From an uncultured Acidobacteriota bacterium (GTDB lineage Bacteria > Acidobacteriota > UBA6911): DNA of 64,000 nt. The stretch lies in assembly GCA_963827655.1 (NCBI GenBank), contig CAWHCF010000025.1, forward strand, positions 1 through 64,000, read 5' to 3'. Below the pieces are notes generated by a model that saw nothing but the letters and a program-made list of their open reading frames with translations, was not told where the DNA came from and did not search any database. Both the position numbers and the translations under genes were made by a program. Positions 54,592 to 64,000 of the stretch are shown in pieces. The stretch's first letter is position 1, and each line of letters starts with the position of its first letter.

Positions 54592-55305
54592 TCAGTGGCA
54601 TAGCGTGGCGAATTCGTAGCCGCGCGCGCGGAGCGTGTCGATAATCTTCCCGGTCGCGTCGATTGCGTAGCGGCGGTCCGCCCGCGGATTCTTGTGATGT
54701 CCGTCGTGAATCACGACGATCTTCCCTGGACCGATATGTGAGACTACCTGAGCCGCCACGCGATCGGCCGTACGCTTTCGAAACCAGTACCAGTCCCAGG
54801 TCATCCAGCTCCATCCGATCAAGCGGTACTTCAGGCGCCCGACTCCACGTAGCATAGAAATGCTCCGCCACCCGGCGTGCGGCCGAAAGATCGGGCATGG
54901 CCGGCTCCCGGCGAGAGATTCGACGCGAGCAGCGGCAGCCCTGAGCTTTTCTCCAAGTTTGCCGGAAGAATTCAGCATCAGCCAGCGATCGTCCGAATGC
55001 TGGCCCACCGCATGGCCTTCTTCGAACATGCGACGAACTATGGGCGCAGTCTCCTGGTTGACGTATCTGTCGATCAGAAAGAAGGTGGCGTGAACCTTCT
55101 TCTCTTTGAGCAGATCCAGAAGTCCCGGCGTTGCGGTTGGATTCGGACCGTCGTCGAAGGTCAAGAACACAATCTTGCGATTGGCCGATTCCGGCATGCG
55201 CCAGACGGAGATCTCGCTTTTTGCATAGTCAAAGAGGAATGGAAATGGAGCCGTGTGGGCGAGTACCGCGATCCCCGATAAGACCAGAATAACAATCAGG
55301 ACCAT
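54592..55305 (-). CDS. Polysaccharide deacetylase (NodB/CE4)
   Basis: LTFDDGP, ATFFL, HAVGQHSDD, FRPHAG and VIHDG. Confidence 0.92.
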   Translation of the reverse strand: MVLIVILVLSGIAVLAHTAPFPFLFDYAKSEISVWRMPESANRKIVFLTFDDGPNPTATPGLLDLLKEKKVHATFFLIDRYVNQETAPIVRRMFEEGHAVGQHSDDRWLMLNSSGKLGEKLRAAAARVESLAGSRPCPIFRPHAGWRSISMLRGVGRLKYRLIGWSWMTWDWYWFRKRTADRVAAQVVSHIGPGKIVVIHDGHHKNPRADRRYAIDATGKIIDTLRARGYEFATLCH

Positions 55306-55382
55306 ATTCTTATGTAGAGCCTGGCGTGATCTTCCCCTATAATCGTGCAAAACTTTAACACAGCCGGACCAGGAGCATCGCC

Positions 55383-56471
55383 ATGACCATCATGAAAACA
55401 AGAAATGGGAATCAAAGGTGGGTTCTGCATTCTATCCTCGTGCTTCTAATCTTTGCTCTCTACCCCCTCGCGGACCAGGGAGCCGCTTTGCAGCGGTATC
55501 AAAGCGCCGCAGTCATGCGGGCGGGCGCCGTCAATTTTCTTGCGGCCCTTAACGCCGCGCAGTCGGGCAAGGCAAAGTTCGATTTTGCTTCCGAGGAGCG
55601 GATGAACTGGCATTTCATTCCTCGTGAGCGCAAGGGCCTGTCGTTCAAGGAGATGGATCCCGCGCAGCAGCGCCTGGCGCACGCGTTTCTCAGCGCCGGC
55701 TTGAGCCAGCGGGGCTATATGAAGGCGGCCACCGTCATGAGCCTGGAGGCGGTTCTCAGAGAACTGGAACAGGGGAAGGGCACGAACAACCGCGACACCG
55801 AGCTTTATTTTTTCAGTGTCTTCGGCGAACCCTCGGACAGTAAGACGTGGGGCTGGCGCGTCGAGGGTCACCACCTTTCACTGAACTTCACTCTGGCTGA
55901 GGGGCAGCTGGTGGCAAGTACGCCCGCATTCTACGGCTCCAATCCTGCCGAGGTGCGCGAAGGACCTCGCAAAGGCCTGCGAACATTGGCCGGCGAGGAG
56001 GATCGCGCCCGCGACCTGCTTCAAGCCTTGGATGAAAAGCAGCGGACTGTAGCCATTTTTGAGAAGCAAGCTCCGAAAGACATCCTCAGCACGAATTCGC
56101 GCCGCGCGGACGTAGGCCCGCCGGTCGGGTTGCCTGCAGCCAAGATGAACAAGAAACAATCGGAGCTCCTGGTTGCGCTCATCGAGGAGTACACCGGAAA
56201 CATGCCCGCCGACGTGGCGTCTGCGCGCCTCGAACAGATTCGTCGCGCTGGCCTCGACAAGGTGCATTTCGCCTGGGCTGGCGTTCTCGAGCGGGGACAA
56301 CCCCATTACTATCGCGTGCAGGGTCCGACATTCCTGATCGAGTATGACAACACCCAGAACAACGCCAATCACATCCACGCGGTCTGGCGCAACTACGATG
56401 GCGATTTCGGTCTTGACCTGCTTGGGATGCATCTGAAGGCATCGCACGGCAAGGGAGGTTCACATGACTAG
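55383..56471 (+). CDS. DUF3500-family exported protein
   Basis: WGWRVEGHHLSLN and YYRVQGPTFLIEYDNTQNNANHIHAVWR..DFG. Confidence 0.88.
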   Translation: MTIMKTRNGNQRWVLHSILVLLIFALYPLADQGAALQRYQSAAVMRAGAVNFLAALNAAQSGKAKFDFASEERMNWHFIPRERKGLSFKEMDPAQQRLAHAFLSAGLSQRGYMKAATVMSLEAVLRELEQGKGTNNRDTELYFFSVFGEPSDSKTWGWRVEGHHLSLNFTLAEGQLVASTPAFYGSNPAEVREGPRKGLRTLAGEEDRARDLLQALDEKQRTVAIFEKQAPKDILSTNSRRADVGPPVGLPAAKMNKKQSELLVALIEEYTGNMPADVASARLEQIRRAGLDKVHFAWAGVLERGQPHYYRVQGPTFLIEYDNTQNNANHIHAVWRNYDGDFGLDLLGMHLKASHGKGGSHD

Positions 56472-56780
56472 ATCCGGGCTTCGCGTTTCTTAGCGTCATC
56501 GCGTCTTCGTGGTCGGTGCTTGGCGCCAAAGCCAACCACGAAGACGCGGAAGAAACGCTGAGAAGCAGCCCGGCTGCTACTGAGACGTCTGTCGGAATCT
56601 GCGCTGAAACTCGAAGGGCTAACACACGAAATTGGGTTGCCGATAACACATCCTGGTCTGATCATCTCCGGTAGCTAACTACACCCATACCATCATTGAC
56701 GATAAAGTACGAAGGGCCTTTTTACGAGAGTCCTCTCGAGAGGGTTATCTATGCGAGGCGTGCCTGTCGGAGAATGACTC

Positions 56781-59450
56781 ATGATTGACCTGGAATTGCA
56801 TCGGACGTCTGTGGCGGTTTGCCGGTTCGTCTTGCTGATGATCGGGTTCGCCGTGTCATCCTACGGCGCGGTTAGATTCGATGTCGTCGGAGCGCCCACC
56901 GAAGTCATCAATACGGGACGCTCGGAGGTGACCGGATCCGTCAACCTGGTTGCTCGCGGCACCGGTAACCTCACCGGAACGTCAACCGGTGGGGCGTCGC
57001 AGATTGCGATGATCTACACCAATCCGGCGCTCCAGATTGACAACACCACCACTTCCGGGATTCAACTCTTCTTCAGCAGCGGCTTTGCCGCCGCCAGCCC
57101 CTCGATCGTGACCGTGGAAAACCGCGACGTCAACGGGCAGTGTTCGGGGTTCCTGGCGATTAACCTGCTTCCCGGTGCGGCGCCGGTTGAGGGCGACTTT
57201 ATCCGCATCGAGGGTATTCGCGGCCGGATTGACGCGAGCGCCGCAATCACGCCCGGAACCGATTTATTTGTAGATCTTCAGTCGATCAACGATCCCGCGG
57301 CGGCCAGCTTCACTCCCGATCGTGTCCGGGTCGCGAAATCGCTGGATGGCATGGATGCCACTGCTGTCTCGGACGCCCTGGCCTGCATTATTCGAATCAC
57401 CGAAGGATTCTCGCGGGCATTCGTGGACAGCGATTCGAACAATGACGGCGTAAATGTAAACGATCGCACGAGCACCAGTGGAGCTGCCCTGGGTTTTCCG
57501 ACCAATTCGACCCAGTTTGTGGTTCGACTGGATGGCATTCCTGACAGTGTATCGGGGATTCTCTGGGCGCCCTTTTCGTCGGCGTCGAGTGCCGGGGCGA
57601 TGTTACGCCTGCTCAGCAGCAGCTTCTCAGGGTCGAGCGCGACCGCGATCTACAGCTATGAATCGATCAACCAGGCGGGCGGCAGCGATCTGGCCGTCGA
57701 ATCGTTTGACCTTGTGGCGCAGATCGTGATCAACCCCGGTGGGACCTCGACCGGGACCATTACCGCGTCGGTTACGCTCGGGCCCGCTGTCTCTGGATCC
57801 ACAGGATGCGCGGCTCCTTCGGCTCAGGCTCGCCCCCGATTCCTGGAAGCCTTCGAACTCTCCATCACCGCCCTGGAACCTTCTTCCGCGGTAGCCGGCG
57901 GGTCGGGCTTCACCCTTACGGTCAAAGGCGCAGGATTCCTCCCGACCTCGATTGTGCGCTGGAACGGCGGCAGCCGACCAACGACGTTCGTCAATAGCAC
58001 CACGCTTACCGCTCAGATTTCTGCACAAGATATCGCCCAGGCGGGAAGCGCCAGTGTAACTGTAATCAATCCGGCGCTGGGCGGAGCCGTATCGAACCCC
58101 TTGTCCTTTACGATCAGGAATCCCGCCCTCACACTCTACTACCCGCGACTGACCGGAGCCGGGGATGGCGAAGTCACCGGTATTGCTCTCGCGAACCTGA
58201 GCGGGAGGACTGCCGAGCTGAAACTGACCGGATTTGGACCGTCGGGAAGCATGATATCCGGGCCAAACATCACCAATCCAGCCTCCTTGAGCCTGAATGC
58301 CGGCCGGCAGGTCGCGATGATCGACAGCCAGATCCTGGGCCCGGGATTGCCGGATATCAGCCAGACGGGATGGCTGAAAGTAGAGGGGAACGTCTCGGAG
58401 GTGGTGGGATTCTTCCTGGCTTTTAACGCCGGACTTTCGGTTCTCGACGGAGCCAGTGTGTCGGCAAACACGGCAACGTCGTTCGTGTTCCCTGAGATCG
58501 AAGATCTGGGTTTCACCCGAATTCACGTAGTGAATCCTAATCCGGATGCTGCCTCTGTGACACTCGAGCTGCTCCGATCCGACGGCACACCGCGCGTTGC
58601 CGCCGTGACGCGCAACATTAATGCGAACGGCGTCGTTGCGGAGTCCTTCACTGCGCTTTTCCCAGGTGTCTCGCCGGACGCCTCCGACTACATTCGGGCG
58701 TCGTCTAACCAGGGCGTTGTGCCCTTCGAATACCTGGGCCGCGAGATGAGGTACGTGGAGGGACTCAATGGCCAGAATGCGGCTGCAGGGGCCACGACGG
58801 TCTATTCCGTTCAGTACGTAGTCGGCGGACCGGACTGGCAGTCGATGCTCTCCGTTATCAATCTCGACTCGACTCCAGGCAGCGTGAGCCTCAGGTTCAT
58901 TTCAAATGAGGGAACCCAGATCGGCAACATGCGCGTTCTGCCAATTGCGGCCCGGGGGAAGATCCGCATCACGGATCAGAGGTTTTTCATCGACCCTGGC
59001 GATACTCTAAGGCAAGGTTACGTGGAAATCACCAGCAGCGGCGTCAGACTTGCCGGAAGCGTGGTTTTCGGCGACCCGGGACGAAACAACTTTTCTTCGG
59101 CGCTGCCGCTGGCTTCGAGTTTCCAGAGCAGGATGGCGCTGGGACAAATCGCTTCCAACAATATCTATTTCACAGGGATTTCCATCCTTAATCCGAACGA
59201 TGCGGCCGCGCGCGCCGTGATCGAGGTTTACGACAGTGACGGCAATCCGGTGATCGCCAAGATCGAGGATATTCCCGCAAGGGGCCGCCGCTCGCAGCTT
59301 CTGACCGAGTATTTCCCCAGTCTCGTGGGGGTGAACCTCGGCTCGGGTTACATCAAGATCACTGTGAACAGGAACGCAGCCGGCTTCGCGCTCTTCGGAA
59401 CCAACGACCTCTCGGTACTCTCGGCGGTAGAACCTCAGCCCGTGCCTTAG
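56781..59450 (+). CDS. Large exported surface protein with an IPT/TIG domain and three acidobacterial beta-sandwich repeats
   Basis: Signal peptide; ITALEPSS..FTLTVKGAGF..TTFVNSTTLTAQI; repeats TGIALANL, TRIHVVNP and TGISILNP. Confidence 0.75.
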   Translation: MIDLELHRTSVAVCRFVLLMIGFAVSSYGAVRFDVVGAPTEVINTGRSEVTGSVNLVARGTGNLTGTSTGGASQIAMIYTNPALQIDNTTTSGIQLFFSSGFAAASPSIVTVENRDVNGQCSGFLAINLLPGAAPVEGDFIRIEGIRGRIDASAAITPGTDLFVDLQSINDPAAASFTPDRVRVAKSLDGMDATAVSDALACIIRITEGFSRAFVDSDSNNDGVNVNDRTSTSGAALGFPTNSTQFVVRLDGIPDSVSGILWAPFSSASSAGAMLRLLSSSFSGSSATAIYSYESINQAGGSDLAVESFDLVAQIVINPGGTSTGTITASVTLGPAVSGSTGCAAPSAQARPRFLEAFELSITALEPSSAVAGGSGFTLTVKGAGFLPTSIVRWNGGSRPTTFVNSTTLTAQISAQDIAQAGSASVTVINPALGGAVSNPLSFTIRNPALTLYYPRLTGAGDGEVTGIALANLSGRTAELKLTGFGPSGSMISGPNITNPASLSLNAGRQVAMIDSQILGPGLPDISQTGWLKVEGNVSEVVGFFLAFNAGLSVLDGASVSANTATSFVFPEIEDLGFTRIHVVNPNPDAASVTLELLRSDGTPRVAAVTRNINANGVVAESFTALFPGVSPDASDYIRASSNQGVVPFEYLGREMRYVEGLNGQNAAAGATTVYSVQYVVGGPDWQSMLSVINLDSTPGSVSLRFISNEGTQIGNMRVLPIAARGKIRITDQRFFIDPGDTLRQGYVEITSSGVRLAGSVVFGDPGRNNFSSALPLASSFQSRMALGQIASNNIYFTGISILNPNDAAARAVIEVYDSDGNPVIAKIEDIPARGRRSQLLTEYFPSLVGVNLGSGYIKITVNRNAAGFALFGTNDLSVLSAVEPQPVP

Positions 59451-59530
59451 GGCTCGTGGTTAACTTGCGCTCGCGACAACAATATACCACTGAGGACACG
59501 AAGACACGAAGAAACACCAAAGCGTTGGGC

Positions 59531-62041
59531 CTACTCGTCCCGAAGCGCTACCATCGGCTCCACCGCCGCCGCGCGGCGGGCCGGCAGGTAACTTGAAGCC
59601 AGAGCTACAGCCGCCAGCAGCGCCATCGCCGCTATCATGGTGGCGGGGTCATGCGGCTGAAGCCCGAACAAGAGTGTGGCCGCTGCGCGTCCCGCCCAGA
59701 AAGCGATCATTGCGCCAATCCCGAGTCCCACTGCCAGCAGTAGCCCCGCTTCGCCGAGTACCAATCGGATCACGCGACTGCGGTCTGCGCCCAGAGCTAT
59801 CCGGACGCCGATCTCTTTCCGCCGCCGCGCGACCATATACGAGATGACGCCGTAGAGGCCGAGGGTGGCGAGCAGCCCTGCCAGAAGCCCGAAGGCTCCG
59901 GACAACGTAGCCATCAGCCGCTCGCGCTGCAGCGAGTCCTCGAGCTGCTTCGATAGCAATCGGAACTCAATCCCGATGGCGGGGCTGACCTCGGCTACGG
60001 CAGTCTTTACGTGACGCATCACGTCACCGACGGAACCCGTGATGCGGAGCACGAATGTGGCGCCGGCTCCAGGATCTTCGTTTTGTGCGATGGGGAAGTA
60101 CCCGATCGGCCGGAAATCTTCCCGGATTTGATTGTACTTGGTGTTCTTCACCAGGCCGACAATCTGGAACAACGGTTCCGGCTTGCCGGCCTCGGTTTCG
60201 CGATGGAATGTGTGGCCCACGGGGTTGGCGCCGCCGAAGAACCTGCTGGCGAACTGTTCGTTGACGATGGCCACCTGGGGAGAAAGGAGCGTATCGCCAT
60301 CGTTGAAATCACGGCCGGCGATCAAAGTAGTGCTCATGGTACGGAAGTAGCCCGGGCCGACGCGGTTGAACCAGGACTCCTTGCCACTTCCCGCCGCAAT
60401 CGCACCGTCCACACCAATGTTGTTGTTCCAGCCGCTGCCGCTGATCGGCGTAAAATTGACTTGCGCGGCCGACAGAACGCCGGGCCGGGTCGACATTCGC
60501 TCGAACAGGTCACGATACACCACCGGGAGACGTTCTTTCGTGTACTGCGGCCGGCGCAGATCAAGACTGACGGAAATCACCCCCTCGACGTTGAAACCCG
60601 CATCGACGGCCAGCAGGTTGCGGAGGCTGCGAACGAACAGCAAGGCGCCGACCAACAATACGAGTGACAGCGCGACTTGCGTAGCCACCAGCGCCCGGCG
60701 CAAGCTGAACCGCTCGCGGCCGGCCGTCATCCCCCGGCTTCCCCCACGAACGGCCGCCGCAGGCGCGAGGTGTGTCGCTTTAAGCGCCGGCAGAAGGCCG
60801 AAGAGCAAGCAGGTGGACACAGCCAGGGCCGCCGTGAAACCTAGCACTCTGCCGTCCAGGCCGATACCGACCAGGATTGGATTATTGGCCGTGGTGAGAA
60901 ACGCAACGAGCCCGCGGTTGAGCAACTGCGCCAGAACAGCGCCCAGCGTGGCGCCGAGAAGGGCCAGCAGCAAGCTTTCCGCCAGAAGCTGGCGAACCAA
61001 TCGCCCCCGCGAAGCACCGACAGCCAGCCGCACAGCAATCTCCCGCTCGCGCACGCTGGCGCGGGCCAGCAGCAGATTAGCCAGGTTTGCGCACGCAATC
61101 AGGAGTACCAACCCGGTGGTTACCATCAGCAGCCAAAGCGGCCTTTCGTACTGGCGGCGCAAGCCCGAGATGCCGGTACCCGCTGCCGAAGCGACGAGCT
61201 TGTTCGCCAGGTAGCGCTTGGCGGTCTCGGGCAGATAGGTGGGCGGCAGGGTGGCCTGCATGATGGCCGGGGAAAGGGCCTGCAGATGGGCGGTGGCCTG
61301 CTCGGCTGTCCAGCCCGGCCTGAGACGCCCTATGATCGCCAGCCACCAGGCGGCGGGCAGCGGCATCCGGCCCTTCTTGTCTGCGGCCAGCAGCCGGTCG
61401 ACGCAAAGCGGAATCGCCACGTCGAAGCCTCTTCCGACTTCCACGCCGAAAAACGATGGAGGCGTGACGCCAATCACCGGAAATGCGTGACCATCGAGAC
61501 TCACCGTCCGGCCAATCACTCCGGCATCCGCTCCATACTCTCGTTGCCAGAACGCATGGCTGATCACGGCCGCCGGGTCGCCACACGTCTTGCTGTCATC
61601 CTGCGCGGTGAAGGCGCGACCGAGTAGAGGACTGACGCCGAGGTGTTTGAAAAACTCTCCGCTGACATAAAGACCCTCGGCGTAGCGCGCTTCTCCTCCC
61701 GCGGTCAGATTGAACCGCGTTGCGCTCCAGGCCAGCACACCCGTAAACGCCTGCTGTTGCGCTCGAACCTGTTCCCACTGGCCATAGGTAAACCGGGAAT
61801 TGCGCGTGGAGAACCAGCCGGAGCGCTGCGATCCTTCGGCGAAATCGATCGCTACCAGCTCCTGTGGTTTCTGGACCGGCAATGTCCGCAGGCGCACGAC
61901 ATCAATCAGCTGGAAGATCGCGGAGTTGGCCCCGATGCCCAGCGCCAGCGACATCACGGCAACCAATGCAAAGCCGGGACTCTGCCACAGCTGCCGTGCG
62001 CCGTAGCGTAAATCCTGCATAAAGGTTTCGAGCCAGTTCAC
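59531..62041 (-). CDS. ADOP-type (acidobacterial duplicated orphan) ABC permease, MacB/FtsX-like
   Basis: QDLRYGARQL..SLALGIGANSAIF, LLIACANLANLLLAR, GLYGVISYMV and PARRAAAVEPMVALRDE. Confidence 0.95.
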   Translation of the reverse strand: MNWLETFMQDLRYGARQLWQSPGFALVAVMSLALGIGANSAIFQLIDVVRLRTLPVQKPQELVAIDFAEGSQRSGWFSTRNSRFTYGQWEQVRAQQQAFTGVLAWSATRFNLTAGGEARYAEGLYVSGEFFKHLGVSPLLGRAFTAQDDSKTCGDPAAVISHAFWQREYGADAGVIGRTVSLDGHAFPVIGVTPPSFFGVEVGRGFDVAIPLCVDRLLAADKKGRMPLPAAWWLAIIGRLRPGWTAEQATAHLQALSPAIMQATLPPTYLPETAKRYLANKLVASAAGTGISGLRRQYERPLWLLMVTTGLVLLIACANLANLLLARASVREREIAVRLAVGASRGRLVRQLLAESLLLALLGATLGAVLAQLLNRGLVAFLTTANNPILVGIGLDGRVLGFTAALAVSTCLLFGLLPALKATHLAPAAAVRGGSRGMTAGRERFSLRRALVATQVALSLVLLVGALLFVRSLRNLLAVDAGFNVEGVISVSLDLRRPQYTKERLPVVYRDLFERMSTRPGVLSAAQVNFTPISGSGWNNNIGVDGAIAAGSGKESWFNRVGPGYFRTMSTTLIAGRDFNDGDTLLSPQVAIVNEQFASRFFGGANPVGHTFHRETEAGKPEPLFQIVGLVKNTKYNQIREDFRPIGYFPIAQNEDPGAGATFVLRITGSVGDVMRHVKTAVAEVSPAIGIEFRLLSKQLEDSLQRERLMATLSGAFGLLAGLLATLGLYGVISYMVARRRKEIGVRIALGADRSRVIRLVLGEAGLLLAVGLGIGAMIAFWAGRAAATLLFGLQPHDPATMIAAMALLAAVALASSYLPARRAAAVEPMVALRDE

Positions 62042-62281
62042 TTGTGTTTACCTCGGCTTTCCTGGCGTCAGAATGCGACGCTACGTCAGGGTGTTTGATT
62101 GCTGAATTCAAATATCAAGGACCTTTTCGTTAGACGTGGCACCAGAGCGAATGGTTGGCGGCCCGCCTATGTATAGGACTGGGGATTCGATCTTTGGTTA
62201 CAGTCACGTGGACTGATTTTCGAGTGTATTAACCGACTCTTAACCTTACGCGCAAGTCGGCGCCGACCTGATTTTTTTAAT

Positions 62282-62502
62282 GTGCCGCGCCTTCGGCGCT
62301 CACTCATACACTGGTTGTTCTCCCGGCCTTACGACAGGGCCTACGCACTGCCGGCCCTTCGGGCCTCATTCAGCGGTTCTCAAGGTCAGCCGTGGCCTAT
62401 GAGTAACTTTCTGAGGCCCGCAAGGGCCGACAGAACATAGGCCCTGACCGTAAGGCCGGGATTAAATTACCAGTTATGTGTGAGCGCCGAAGGTGCGAGC
62501 AC
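62282..62502. repeat. Large REP/REPIN-like inverted repeat
   Basis: Left arm GCGCCTTCGGCGCTCA..CCCGGCCTTACG..GGCCCTTCGGGCCTCA (62282-62368) is mirrored by TGAGGCCCGCAAGGGCC..CGTAAGGCCGGG..TGAGCGCCGAAGGTGC (62412-62502). Confidence 0.85.
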
Positions 62503-62626
62503 TTGCAGTGTAAGGTTCGAGAGCTTGCTGCTGCGCCTGCGAAATGGCCAAACTTCAGAGGTTGACCAGGTCCGATTCTGCTCAGGATCTTCTCGATTCG
62601 GGAGCCTTTGTGGCTATAATAGCGGC

Positions 62627-64000
62627 ATGTTTCGCGCTGTTCTTATCGCACTTCTCTCCATCGCAATCGCGGGGCCGCTCGCACCGGTCCAGATCCCGAA
62701 GACCTGGGACGCCGCCGCCGTGGCCGCCTTCGAAATTCCGCTCGCTGATCCGGCTGCCTCGCCCGAACACGTCACGGCCGAGTACTACTATGCCATTCCG
62801 GCGCGCCCTATCTACCGGAGCTACCCCGTCTATCATCCCGACCGGGAGCCCCCGGGGTATCTTGATCAGATAAAGCAACACGAGCCGGAGATCGCTTTCG
62901 AACCTTCCCAGCTCCGGACCGAAGATGACTGGATCCAGGCCGGCAAACTCGTCTTCGAAGCCCCGAACGGTTTCGAGCCGGTGACCGAGGGCTCCGCCGT
63001 CCGCGACCGCGCCTGGTACGATAAGGCCGGCATCCCGGTTGCCGCGGATGGCACCGTGCCCTTCTTCCGTTACGTGATCCGCAAGAAGGGTGTCGTCGAG
63101 CGCAGCTCGAGCTCTTGCGCCGAATGTCACACCCGAGTCATGCCTGACGGGACGGTGCTCGCAGGGGCGCAGGGAAACTTTCCGTTTGAACGCGCGGGAA
63201 GTCTCACGTTCCGCGGTCGCGGGACGGCTGCGCAGATCCGGCGTATCTTGCGGGGCCTCTACGACGCGCCCTGGGTGAAACCCGATCCGCTCGCGCCGAT
63301 CGAGCAGATGTCGCTCGACGACCTGGCCGCGCTCGGTATGGCTATCCCGCCTGGCGTGATGGCACGCCAGGGGGCCAGTCCCTTCTTTCCGGCCCAGGTT
63401 CCGGACCTGATCGGCGTCAGAGAACGGCGCTACCTGGACCATACCGGGCATGTGCGCCAGTTCGGCATCGCCGATCTCATGCGCTATTCGGCTGCGAACC
63501 AGGGGCTTTCCTCGCTTGCGCGCTACGGCCACTTTCGCCCGATCGACCTCGAGACCGGCAAGCTGCCCGAGGCCTCCACTCGCTCGCGCTACAGCGACGA
63601 GCAGCTCTACGCTCTGGCGCTCTACCTTTACTCGCTCCAGCCGCCGCGGAATCCCAATCGCTTCGACGCTGTGGCGGAGCAAGGACAGAAGATCTTCACG
63701 CGCGACGGGTGCGCGACCTGCCATACGCCGCCGCTCTATACCAACAACATGCTCACGCCGGTGGAGGGATTCACGCCGCCACCCGAGCACTCCAGGCGCC
63801 TGGATGTGCTTGCGGTATCGGTTGGGACGGATCCGGGCCTGGCGCTACGGACCCGGCGAGGGACGGGCTACTACAAGGTCCCGTCGCTGAAAGGCCTCTG
63901 GTACCGGGGACCTTTGGAACACAGCGGCTCGGTCGCAACGCTCGAAGACTGGTTCGATCCACGGCGCCTGCTCCCCGACTATGTCCCGACCGGCTTCCGC
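62627..64000 (+). CDS. Exported di-heme c-type cytochrome (bCCP/MauG/RoxA-like); runs off the window end
   Basis: Absent from the ORF track. MFRAVLIALLSIAIAG signal peptide, CAECH, CATCH and YKVPSLKGLWYRGPLEHSGSVATLEDWFDP. TATAAT 6 nt before the ATG suggests a leaderless mRNA. Confidence 0.8.
   Translation, partial: MFRAVLIALLSIAIAGPLAPVQIPKTWDAAAVAAFEIPLADPAASPEHVTAEYYYAIPARPIYRSYPVYHPDREPPGYLDQIKQHEPEIAFEPSQLRTEDDWIQAGKLVFEAPNGFEPVTEGSAVRDRAWYDKAGIPVAADGTVPFFRYVIRKKGVVERSSSSCAECHTRVMPDGTVLAGAQGNFPFERAGSLTFRGRGTAAQIRRILRGLYDAPWVKPDPLAPIEQMSLDDLAALGMAIPPGVMARQGASPFFPAQVPDLIGVRERRYLDHTGHVRQFGIADLMRYSAANQGLSSLARYGHFRPIDLETGKLPEASTRSRYSDEQLYALALYLYSLQPPRNPNRFDAVAEQGQKIFTRDGCATCHTPPLYTNNMLTPVEGFTPPPEHSRRLDVLAVSVGTDPGLALRTRRGTGYYKVPSLKGLWYRGPLEHSGSVATLEDWFDPRRLLPDYVPTGFR

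Noticed and set aside
16578-63790. Long antisense or alternative-frame ORFs (16578-17909, 35937-37328, 39682-41226, 62582-63790 and others)
   Set aside because: They are shadows of well-supported genes in GC-rich DNA and carry no recognisable motifs.

Overview
GC-rich (roughly 60%) bacterial DNA with an Acidobacteriota-like gene repertoire: three Oar-type TonB-dependent receptors, TPR and CRTAC1/ASPIC proteins, an ADOP permease, DUF3500, and a PHP/DUF3604-like hydrolase. Many genes are broken by 1-2 nt indels, consistent with an unpolished long-read assembly. Abrupt gene truncations with composition shifts at about 4.6, 6.2 and 52.7 kb, plus a composition shift near 48.9 kb, suggest chimeric joins or foreign islands. 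Recognisable genes are groES/groEL, aspS, ggt, a sulfite reductase plus APS reductase (cysH), and a B12 diol dehydratase (fused large+medium subunit, plus small subunit). The ORF track misses four signals. (1) A signal-peptide HMA-domain gene has its GMTCxxC motif written GMT-TGA-NF-TGA, a probable double-selenocysteine UxxU protein; it sits in an operon with a Cys-rich leader ORF, a beta-barrel protein and a TlpA. (2) A Cys-codon leader peptide with antiterminator and terminator precedes the sulfite reductase. (3) A second Cys-Cys-Cys short ORF precedes cysH. (4) A four-helix-bundle gene is bracketed by inverted hexamer repeats and trailed by tandem copies of a paralogous 3' end. All protein family calls are from motif recognition only; no searches were run.
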